Assembly: GCA_030753015.1 (NCBI GenBank)
Contig: JASMDC010000062.1
Span: 1-15,639 of the forward strand
From: Candidatus Undinarchaeales archaeon
Lineage (GTDB): Archaea > SpSt-1190 > JASMDC01
DNA: 15,639 bases
Direction: 5' to 3'
Position 1 is the first letter of the stretch. Each line of letters begins with the position of its first letter. Below the pieces are notes generated by a model. It had not been told where the DNA came from and did not search any database. It saw only the letters and a program-made list of their open reading frames with translations. Shown piece by piece: positions 1 to 7,053 of this stretch. Both the position numbers and the translations under genes were made by a program.

Positions 1-42
1 CTCGCGGCCGTTGATGATCTTGATACGGGTGTACTTCTTCAT
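1..42 (-). CDS. 5' end of a gene running off the window (MKKYTRIKIINGRE...), product unknown
   Basis: ATG at 42-40 and the frame is open to the edge. TTTATAAA (65-72) lies about 23-30 nt upstream, consistent with a leaderless archaeal transcript. Basic R-x-K-x-I-N-G N-termini occur in some archaeal Fic proteins and transposases, but 14 aa is too little to assign. Confidence 0.6.
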   Translation of the reverse strand, partial: MKKYTRIKIINGRE

Positions 43-64
43 GAGCCTATTTAGGCGCATTAAT

Positions 65-72
65 TTTATAAA
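65..72 (-). promoter_or_regulatory. Archaeal TATA box for the gene starting at 42
   Basis: TTTATAAA in an AT-rich patch at the canonical distance from the ATG, within otherwise GC-rich DNA. Confidence 0.6.
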
Positions 73-248
73 CCTATGGCTGGAAAACGCGGTAATGGGC
101 GGTATCAGCCAAGAATCACGTGCCTAATTAGTGGGAGCTCAGGTAAGAAGAACACCCGGACACTCCAGGACCATGGATGTCGCCTCACTACCGACATGCG
201 GGGAAAAAGCGAAGTGACCATTACATGAAGACGAAGATGGGCATGTCC

Positions 249-364
249 GTGTAACTAGTGCATATGCGAACCCTGGATTCGCATAATCTCCCGCTGGGGG
301 AGGATATGCGATATATGGCGCATATTCCTCACTTTGTCAGCTATGTATCCATCCCCCTCGCATA
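249..364 (-). repeat. Three spaced TATGCG-N(8-11)-CGCATA palindromes ending in a GTTACAC core; candidate recombinase (att-like) site
   Basis: Units at 263-285 (TATGCGAA-N7-TTCGCATA), 305-324 (TATGCG-N8-CGCATA) and 342-364 (TATGTA-N11-CGCATA), with right ends 39-40 bp apart. The minus strand then reads TGCACTA-GTTACAC (255-249). The repeats are directly visible; the function is inferred. Confidence 0.55.
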
Positions 365-369
365 CCGCG

Positions 370-624
370 CTACCGCTTGTAGATAGTGCTCCGGTGGGCG
401 ACCGTCAGCGCGAGTATGATGAGCTTGTTCTCCTGGATGTCCAGGAGCACGCGCCAGGACCCCACCCGGAGCCGGTAGCCGGGATCGCCCACGAGCTTGG
501 TGACATGGGCATACGGTCGGATGCGCACCCGCTCCAGTGCGCCCAGGATGCGCACCCGGACCTGTTTGTCCAGCTTGCGCAACTGTCGCAGGGCAATGTC
601 GGTGAACAGGAGCTCGTACACCAT
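370..624 (-). CDS. relE: Type II toxin, RelE/ParE family mRNA interferase
   Basis: 84 aa and basic. It has the YELLFT..A.RQLRKL N-terminus, the YRLRVGSWRV motif and the C-terminal HRSTIY typical of RelE, and lies directly after an antitoxin-like gene. Confidence 0.92.
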   Translation of the reverse strand: MVYELLFTDIALRQLRKLDKQVRVRILGALERVRIRPYAHVTKLVGDPGYRLRVGSWRVLLDIQENKLIILALTVAHRSTIYKR

Positions 625-630
625 GATCGT

Positions 631-849
631 TCAGCGCCCGAGCTCCCGCTTGACCTCTGCCAGGGTATGCACCTTTCCTGCCTTCCCCTCTGCACGGGCC
701 GCGGTCAGCTCGCGCCTGGTCTCCTCGTTCAGCTCGCGAGTGTCCTCGATAATGTCCCAGATTACCTCTTCGTACGTCTCGCGAGCGAAGAGCTTGCGCG
801 AAAGCAGCTCCTGCTGGAGGGAGTCGCTGATCTGGATGGTGGTCGCCAT
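631..849 (-). CDS. Antitoxin, archaeal RelB-like (ribbon-helix-helix type N-terminus)
   Basis: 72 aa from ATG 849: MATTIQISD (beta-ribbon), ETYEEVI, C-terminal GKVHTLAEVKRELG. It ends 6 nt before the toxin start. The ORF-track start at 963 overlaps the integrase and runs through the promoter, so it is unlikely. Confidence 0.85.
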   Translation of the reverse strand: MATTIQISDSLQQELLSRKLFARETYEEVIWDIIEDTRELNEETRRELTAARAEGKAGKVHTLAEVKRELGR

Positions 850-854
850 CAATG

Positions 855-893
855 AATATAGTGGCTTATAGTATACATATAGTTTGCTATATT
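855..893 (-). promoter_or_regulatory. TA promoter/operator region
   Basis: AT-rich island with TATAGT at 857, 867 and 878 and an outer inverted pair AATATAG (855-861)/CTATATT (887-893), immediately upstream of the antitoxin ATG. Confidence 0.55.
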
Positions 894-911
894 GGACGCG
901 CCCGTCCTCCG

Positions 912-1991
912 TCACGCTCCCTTCCCGCCCCCCAGAGCGTCCAGGGGGCTTCTGATACGGCACAGGTCCCGCCGGCTCACGTGGGTGTAGATCTCGGTGG
1001 TCTTGCTGTTCTTGTGACCCAGAAGCTCCTGGATGTAGCGAAGGTCCGTGCCGTTCTCCAGCAGGTGCGTGGCGAAGCTGTGACGCAGGGAATGTACCGA
1101 GACGTCCTTGGTGATGCCCGCTGCTCGCACTGCCCGCGAGAACACCTTCTGGACGCTGCGCTCGTGCAGGTGCCCCTTACGGCCGCCGGGGAAGAGCCAT
1201 GAGGTCACGGGCGTTCCCTCGAGATACGCATCAAGGTGCGAAAGGGCCAGATCGGGAAGGAGCGTGTACCGGTCCTTGCGCCCCTTTCCGCTACGGACGC
1301 GTACCAGCATCCGCTCCCGGTCGATATCCCCGACCTTCAGCCGGACGACCTAGCCGACACGCACCCCGGCACCATAGGTGAGCATGAGGATCGCCCGGTG
1401 CTTGGGATAAGAGACCATCCCGAGGATACGTGACACCTCCCCGCAGCTCAGCACAACAGGTAGCCGCCGGTCCTTCCGCGGCCGCTTCAGCGTGTAAACG
1501 AACCGACGTCCGAGCACACGGCCGTACATGAACTTGATGGCGCTCATCGCACTGTTGAGGGTCGAGGCAGAGCATCTTCGCCCTTCTGCCAGGTACGCCA
1601 GATACCGGCTGACGTCCTCGTTGTCGACGTCCTCTGGACGCTTTCCGACCATCTCTAGCAGCCTTTCATTGAACCGCACGTACGCCTTCACGGTCCGGCG
1701 ACTGTACTTCCTGGTCACCAGCTCGCGTCGCATTCGCTCCAGCGGGCCCACGACGCCCATGAGAGCGGGGTCCACCTCGACGGCAAGGTCCGCGAAGAGC
1801 TGCTGCAGGCACTCCACCATGCCCGCTTCCCTGGGGACGGTCCAGACCTTCTCGTCCTGATGCCATCTCCTGCCCGTGACGGTCCGGATACGCTCGATGA
1901 GGTCCCTGTCATAGGGGAGCGCCAGCGATATACGGTCATCGTCGGTCTTCTGGAGCCTGATACGGATCGCCATCTCGTTCACTCTGACCAT
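912..1991 (-). pseudogene. Tyrosine recombinase (integron-integrase-like/XerD-like) with one in-frame amber stop at 1350-1352
   Basis: ORFs 1350..1991 and 912..1310 are the same frame, joined as ...YGAGVRVG*VVRLKVGDIDRERMLVRVRSGKGRKDR.... It has a SAM-like domain (YSRRTVKAY, SASTLNSAMSAIKF), LPVVLS, and catalytic R, K, HSLRH, LGH and IYTHV all present. The start may be 1991 or 1973. Confidence 0.9.
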
Positions 1992-2392
1992 GGTATGTAC
2001 GGCCTTGTAGAAAAAGTACAGTTACACCCTGAAGGGGGATATCGAGCACACTCGATCCCCAGAGACGTGTCGCGTTCCCGTCATCTGCGGAGCGATACCT
2101 GACGCGGAGTGTCGTCCTTCTCCCGCGTGCTGGTCCGATGACGAGGTTCGTTAGAAAGCGCTCTGCCGGAGGGAAGACGACATGGCCCCCGCGGTATTCT
2201 CCGATTACTTGTATTGGGTCCGATAACGCGTCCATCGTTCGTCTTCGGATATCGCCCCTGAAGCCATAGGATAGGCGAATTGGACGTCATGTGCAGATGG
2301 TCGGATATACGATATCAGGTGAAATGAACGAAGTTAATACTAGGTCGAATAGGATCAAGGCAGTACCTATGGGGGTGTCACTCTCCAGTGAG

Positions 2393-2434
2393 GTGGCAGG
2401 GCATCACGGGGCCCTCGTGATGCCATACAGCCAC
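2393..2434. repeat. GC-rich inverted repeat (hairpin)
   Basis: Perfect 9-bp stem GGCATCACG (2400-2408)/CGTGATGCC (2416-2424), extended by GTGGC (2393-2397)/GCCAC (2430-2434). Confidence 0.7.
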
Positions 2435-2453
2435 ACGCTCCGACCCAAAGGGT

Positions 2454-2476
2454 ACCTATATTAACCCTTAATAGGT
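2454..2476 (+). promoter_or_regulatory. Probable TATA region with overlapping imperfect palindrome for the gene at 2500
   Basis: ACCTATATTAA-CCC-TTAATAGGT, AT-rich, about 25-45 nt upstream of ATG 2500. Confidence 0.45.
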
Positions 2477-2499
2477 CCGCAGCAAACAGGTAATGCTAC

Positions 2500-3264
2500 A
2501 TGATCGGCGAAGTTGAGGACATCCGCATGCCCTACGAGTTCGACGTCAGCGGCGGCACGTACAGCGTGCTGGGCGCTGTTGGCGAGGCCGTGGCTGCCGA
2601 GGCCGGCCTGGAGAACAACTACGAGGGCGTAGGTACCTACGATACTGCAAGGGGATTCATCTTCCCCGTGACGGGCCCAATGAAGGAGAAGTTCAACGAG
2701 AAGGCAGTGGATATCAAGAAGACCTGCGAGGAGCAGGGCATCCACGCCAAGTTCGACTCGGACCTCATCATCGGCTACCGCCATGCGGCCTTCGATCTCG
2801 TGAAGACCGAGCGGGTGAGCAGCGAGAACACCGGTCCCTACTGGAGCCGGATCACGGAGAAGTACACCATCGATGCCGAGTACGGCAGCCTCCGCGGAAA
2901 GCTCACCGAGAACATCGACGGTCTCGAGGACCTGAGCGGTGTGAAGGCCGTCGTGGACAGCGCTGGCGCTGCGGCCGTTGCCTACGAGCTGCTCGACTCC
3001 TTCGACGGTTACGTCGACCGCCACTCGAACACAGTCGAGGTCTTCGGCCTGGACAGTGACGAGCTATATGGCGAGATCCGAGGGAAGCTCGAAGAGGACG
3101 TGAGCTCGCGTCAGGAGAAGATCGACAACGACTTCCTCGGCAAGGTCCCCCTGTTCGGCAAGTGGTACAAAGGTCGCCAGGAGACCAAGCTCGAAGATAT
3201 GCGCCTGAACAAGGAGCGTCAGATCAACGTCGTCGAGGCCATCTTCGGCCCCCGTGACGAGTGA
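2500..3264 (+). CDS. Hypothetical acidic protein, 254 aa
   Basis: Strong G/C third-position bias, own AT-rich upstream region and a downstream hairpin. No family recognised. Confidence 0.85.
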   Translation: MIGEVEDIRMPYEFDVSGGTYSVLGAVGEAVAAEAGLENNYEGVGTYDTARGFIFPVTGPMKEKFNEKAVDIKKTCEEQGIHAKFDSDLIIGYRHAAFDLVKTERVSSENTGPYWSRITEKYTIDAEYGSLRGKLTENIDGLEDLSGVKAVVDSAGAAAVAYELLDSFDGYVDRHSNTVEVFGLDSDELYGEIRGKLEEDVSSRQEKIDNDFLGKVPLFGKWYKGRQETKLEDMRLNKERQINVVEAIFGPRDE

Positions 3265-3280
3265 GCGAACCACAGATGAC

Positions 3281-3317
3281 CGGGGCGGTCCTTGCGGCCG
3301 CCCTGCACTTCCTTTTC
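3281..3317 (+). terminator. Hairpin plus pyrimidine tract between convergent genes
   Basis: GGGCGGTC (3283-3290)/GGCCGCCC (3296-3303) stem with one G-U pair, followed by CACTTCCTTTTC. Confidence 0.5.
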
Positions 3318-3343
3318 AAGGGCATCGACGCCCGTTCCCGGAT

Positions 3344-6067
3344 CTAGCACACGATGGCGGTGTCGGACCACGCACCGGGGTTCCCTTGGACCGTGATATA
3401 GATACGGTCACGGACGGTCACACCCTCGGACGTCACGGACACCTCGACCGGCACGGGATCACCGGGACGGGGCGCGTCAGGGCAAAGCTTCACACGTGAC
3501 AGGTGGAGCCGCACACCTGAGGGCGTCGACATGATGTACGCCAGCGACGACGTCACGTCCCGCTCGCCGATGCTCACCTTGAAGTCCTCCTCCCTCACCA
3601 GATCGGCCCCCTCCAGGTCGACATGGATGTCCATGTTGAACCCGATGCCCAGGAGGATGGAATAGAGCGGATTGTCACCGGTGCCCGGCCTGATGCGGCT
3701 CATCTCCAACGACAGCGGCAGGTGCTCGACGACCGAGAGGGGGCTAGACGCAGATGCTTTGCGGCCGAGCGAGTCGATCTTGAGGGTGAGCTTGTCCGCG
3801 GCGACCTTGCCTTCGAGCGTGCCCACCACGCGCCACCGCTTGCTCGCTGGCTCGAACTGGGCGGATAGGGAGCGCGCCTTGACGGCACCGAAACTGAGGA
3901 TGAAGTCCTCGGTGGCGAGGTCCGTGACAGGCTCTCCCTCGTCGTCCCGCACTTCAGCGAGCACCCGGACAGCGGTACCGATGCGCAGGCTCTCCAGGCT
4001 CACCATCTGTGGCGTGAGCACGTTAATGGACACGTTCAAGCCACGTTCGTCGACCGGAACGTGTAGCGCGAAAGGCCGGCGGACCACGTGTACCGTATCG
4101 TTCTCGTATCTGATGATGAGGAACAGGGTTGAGTGACCGGGAGGGAGAGTGTCGGTGAACCTCGCCCAGAACTGCCAGCCCTTGTCAAGCGACATGTGCT
4201 CGAAGCCCGTCTCCTCGGCCTTGAGGGAGCCGAGCTTGGCCGTGATATTGATGTCGCGGGTGGCCATCCTTCCCAAGAACCGGTCGCCACGCTTCAGGAA
4301 ACCGGTCCAGGTGACCTTGATACCGTCCTCGAGCTCGTCAACACCGGCATGTCCCGGTGTCATCCCGTCGAGCCGGAGCACGATGCCGGCGTCCTCGCAG
4401 CCGGCGGGAGCGCACACATCGCCCGTATTGCATGGCGAGAGGGGGACGTTGTTCTCGTCAAGGCAGACGCAATTGCCGAAGCACACCTCGCCCTGGCCTA
4501 TGCAGGGGAGGGTCGTGATGCCTCGTCTGGCGCGGCAGCGGGACTGCTCGAACACGATGGTGTAGGGCGAGTCGGGTCCGCCCGTACACCCGTCCGCTGC
4601 GCACCGCTGACCGAACGAGCATACGTGGGCTGGATCCCCCCCCTCGTCGAAGCAAAGGCACACGGGGATGTCGCTCGAGGTCGGTACGCACACGTCACCC
4701 TCGGCGATGCATGCGATGGAGTCGTCCTCCACAGCGAGGCTGCCCCGCGGGCAGAGCGCTGACCTGCGTGATGCTGGTTGCCATTCGGTCACATGGATTG
4801 CCCGGGAGGCCACGGCGACCACGCCCTCGTCATCGTACACCTTCGTCCTGACAACGTAGTCCCCCGGGGGAGTGTCCGGTGTGACGGGGATGACCGTTCC
4901 GTCGAGACCGTTCACCTCCTGGCTGTCAACGCTCTCGCCCGAGGTGTCCACGAGCTCCGTGACGGTGCGCTCCTTACCGGTCGCGCCCGGTACATCTATC
5001 GACGGACGGATCTCCTCGCCGGGCCCGTAGGTCTGCTTCTCCAGGGCGAGCTCGGCATCCATGAGCCCGGTGTCCTCGAGCACGACACGTATCGAGGCCA
5101 CACCGGAGACGCGTTCGGCGAACCCGCGGAGCCGGACAACGTACTCGCCGGGCTCCCAGGACGGCTGCGTGCCGAGCATCACGGTGTCGCACGCCGCGTA
5201 CGTCACCGCGTCGACGGACACCCCGTGCCGGTCGAGGATGTGGACGGAGCATCCGGTGAGCTCTTTGGAGGACGTCACGGTGAGGTTGATCGGCTCACCC
5301 AGGGCTGCACGGTCTTCCTTGAGCCGTAGGGCAAGGTCAAGTTCGGCCGCGCGGAACCGTGTGGGGAACTTGGCAACGTAGGCTATCTTGGGCTCAAGGC
5401 GCGCGATGGTCAGGGTGTGGGTACCGGGTTGGAGCTCCGCGGGGAGGGTCAGTGTGTGGTTCGAGCATCGGTAGGTCGTCAGTTTACCCTCGCCCTCCAC
5501 CATGTCCACGTGGGCCGCACAGAGCCGGCCTCCAAGTCGAGGGAGCGGGATGGCCTCACCGAGGGTGTACTCGTTCTTGTGCAGGCTGATCCCGAGAGGT
5601 CGGCGCTCGAGGCGAGTTGTGAAGGAAGTACGATAAGGGATACCCCGCACGCTACTGAAGGATGTCGTATGGCTCGGATAGAGGATCGAGAGCGAGCGCG
5701 AGCCTGTCCGCAGGCCGTCGCAAAGGACGAACTGGAGCGGAGTGTACTCCAGCAGGAGGTCAGCTACCACTTCGTTCTCGCCGATGTCCAGCGAGCGCAC
5801 ATCCAACCGGGGGTACGACAGTACGGAGAACACCACGGCGGTGCTCTCCAATGAGGCCGTGCACTCAAGGACGCCCGAGAGGGTCGCGCAGCGTGTCCGG
5901 AGATCTGCCTCGGTGAGCCCACGGACCTGATCGGGGGATAGCGCATACCGCACTGTCGTGGTCAGCAGCCCCAGGGAGGTCGCGTCCACCTTCTCGACGA
6001 TCTCGTTGACAGCGGAACCTAGGAGCAACAGGAGGCTCAGGAGGAGGACCGCCGCCCGGCGGCTCAT
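3344..6067 (-). CDS. Large secreted beta-sandwich (Ig/macroglobulin-like) protein with central Cys-rich module; paralog of 8873..11638
   Basis: Start re-assigned to ATG 6067 (MSRRAAVLLLSLLLLLGS signal peptide; ATGA overlap with the upstream stop). Motifs LHKNEYTLGEAI and LEKQTYGPGEEI, PGEY/PGDY strands and a duplicated Cys module are visible. Confidence 0.85.
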   Translation of the reverse strand: MSRRAAVLLLSLLLLLGSAVNEIVEKVDATSLGLLTTTVRYALSPDQVRGLTEADLRTRCATLSGVLECTASLESTAVVFSVLSYPRLDVRSLDIGENEVVADLLLEYTPLQFVLCDGLRTGSRSLSILYPSHTTSFSSVRGIPYRTSFTTRLERRPLGISLHKNEYTLGEAIPLPRLGGRLCAAHVDMVEGEGKLTTYRCSNHTLTLPAELQPGTHTLTIARLEPKIAYVAKFPTRFRAAELDLALRLKEDRAALGEPINLTVTSSKELTGCSVHILDRHGVSVDAVTYAACDTVMLGTQPSWEPGEYVVRLRGFAERVSGVASIRVVLEDTGLMDAELALEKQTYGPGEEIRPSIDVPGATGKERTVTELVDTSGESVDSQEVNGLDGTVIPVTPDTPPGDYVVRTKVYDDEGVVAVASRAIHVTEWQPASRRSALCPRGSLAVEDDSIACIAEGDVCVPTSSDIPVCLCFDEGGDPAHVCSFGQRCAADGCTGGPDSPYTIVFEQSRCRARRGITTLPCIGQGEVCFGNCVCLDENNVPLSPCNTGDVCAPAGCEDAGIVLRLDGMTPGHAGVDELEDGIKVTWTGFLKRGDRFLGRMATRDINITAKLGSLKAEETGFEHMSLDKGWQFWARFTDTLPPGHSTLFLIIRYENDTVHVVRRPFALHVPVDERGLNVSINVLTPQMVSLESLRIGTAVRVLAEVRDDEGEPVTDLATEDFILSFGAVKARSLSAQFEPASKRWRVVGTLEGKVAADKLTLKIDSLGRKASASSPLSVVEHLPLSLEMSRIRPGTGDNPLYSILLGIGFNMDIHVDLEGADLVREEDFKVSIGERDVTSSLAYIMSTPSGVRLHLSRVKLCPDAPRPGDPVPVEVSVTSEGVTVRDRIYITVQGNPGAWSDTAIVC

Positions 6068-7053
6068 CCCGACTCCCTCCGGCACGCCTCCTTGAGCGTG
6101 CGGTCGAGGGTCACCCGGTTGACCGCCCCCACCCGTACCTTGGCGAGAGCGCCCTTGTCCTCGAGGTCGCTCAGGAGCCGCGAGAGCTTCGACTTGGAGA
6201 ACCCGAGGGCCCTGCACAGATCGTTCTGGTTCATGGGAGCGTCATGCTTGGCCAGCTCACAGACGACGATGCGCTCGTCCAGGGAGAAGCCGGCGAGCAC
6301 CGAGGGCCTAGCCTGGAGGTGGACGAGCAGGGCGTAGCCGAAGGCACCTGTGATGATGCCGGCAACGAGGATGGACACGCCATCAGCGGAGCTCCCGCTG
6401 TCCGGTGCAGGGGCCGGAGGCCGCTTGGCACGCACGAAGATGTCCATGGTCTCACCCTTGTCGAGAGGACCCTGGTCCCAGCGGAGGATGAGATGCTTGC
6501 CGTCGGTCTCGAGCCGGGCGGCCGGTACGACCACCGATGCCACCTGTGTGACGTTCTCTGCTATGGGAAGGACGTAACCGGGAGGGAGGTCGACCCGCGC
6601 CTTGAAGTCGGCGATGGGCCACGCGGCCTTGTAGGTGGTACGCAACTCCAGCTCGTCGCCCACGACACGCGTGAACTGTGCGGTGTCGAACCGGATCATG
6701 TACGCGGCCTGTTCGCCCGGCGGTACGGGCTCGTCGAACGCGATGATGATGATCCGCGCCCAGTTCGCCTCGCGCTCGGTGACGCTCACTGGACGTGAGC
6801 CGGTCACGGTGAGGTTCGCGATGTCCTTGCCCACGGTGAACGACACCTTCTCCAGCGGTTCTGTGCCGTTGTTCACGAAGGCGGCGTCGATACGTTCCCG
6901 ACATGTACCGTCGGCATGCACGTAGAGCGACAGCTCGTAGGTGCGATAATCGAGCGAGGGAGGCAGGCCGGCCCCGGGGATGGCTACCAGCGAAAGTGTG
7001 ATGGCGAGGATGCCCAGCGTGCGCCACGCCGCGTACCTATCCATGGGCATCAT
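6064..7053 (-). CDS. Membrane-anchored winged-HTH protein (COG2512-like): signal peptide, extracellular beta domain, TM helix, C-terminal HTH
   Basis: N-terminal hydrophobic LGILAITLSLVAI, TM VSILVAGIITGAFGYALLV, and C-terminal MNQNDLCRALGFSKSKLSRLLSDLEDKG..KVRVG..NRV. ATG 7053 overlaps the upstream TGA (ATGA); alternative starts are 7050 and 7044. Confidence 0.85.
   Translation of the reverse strand: MMPMDRYAAWRTLGILAITLSLVAIPGAGLPPSLDYRTYELSLYVHADGTCRERIDAAFVNNGTEPLEKVSFTVGKDIANLTVTGSRPVSVTEREANWARIIIIAFDEPVPPGEQAAYMIRFDTAQFTRVVGDELELRTTYKAAWPIADFKARVDLPPGYVLPIAENVTQVASVVVPAARLETDGKHLILRWDQGPLDKGETMDIFVRAKRPPAPAPDSGSSADGVSILVAGIITGAFGYALLVHLQARPSVLAGFSLDERIVVCELAKHDAPMNQNDLCRALGFSKSKLSRLLSDLEDKGALAKVRVGAVNRVTLDRTLKEACRRESG

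Noticed and set aside
275-302. dif site (GATTCGCATAA resembles an XerC arm)
   Set aside because: No matching second arm follows a 6-bp spacer.
1311-1352. Programmed frameshift or two-gene split integrase
   Set aside because: Both ORFs are in the same frame, separated only by one TAG and 13 sense codons that match the family motif.
912-1991. Calling the recombinase a canonical intI with a classical cassette array
   Set aside because: The IntI-specific insertion is absent, and no repeated RYYYAAC...GTTRRRY attC sites follow the genes in this window.
2004-2022. LexA/SOS box upstream of the recombinase (minus strand CTGTACTTTTTCTACAAG)
   Set aside because: It does not fit CTGT-N8-ACAG and the context appears archaeal. 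Only a weak TGTA-N7-TACA dyad remains.
2371-2447. tRNA (GGGGGT start, about 77 nt, stems, ends near CCA)
   Set aside because: There is no T-loop GTTCRA, D-loop or proper acceptor stem.
3130-3168. Secretin-like motif FLGKVPLFGKW in the 254-aa protein
   Set aside because: It is an isolated amphipathic patch with no signal peptide or beta-barrel secretin domain.
6068-6217. Extended N-terminus of the 957-aa ORF
   Set aside because: It overlaps the HTH gene. ATG 6067 gives a signal peptide and an ATGA coupling.
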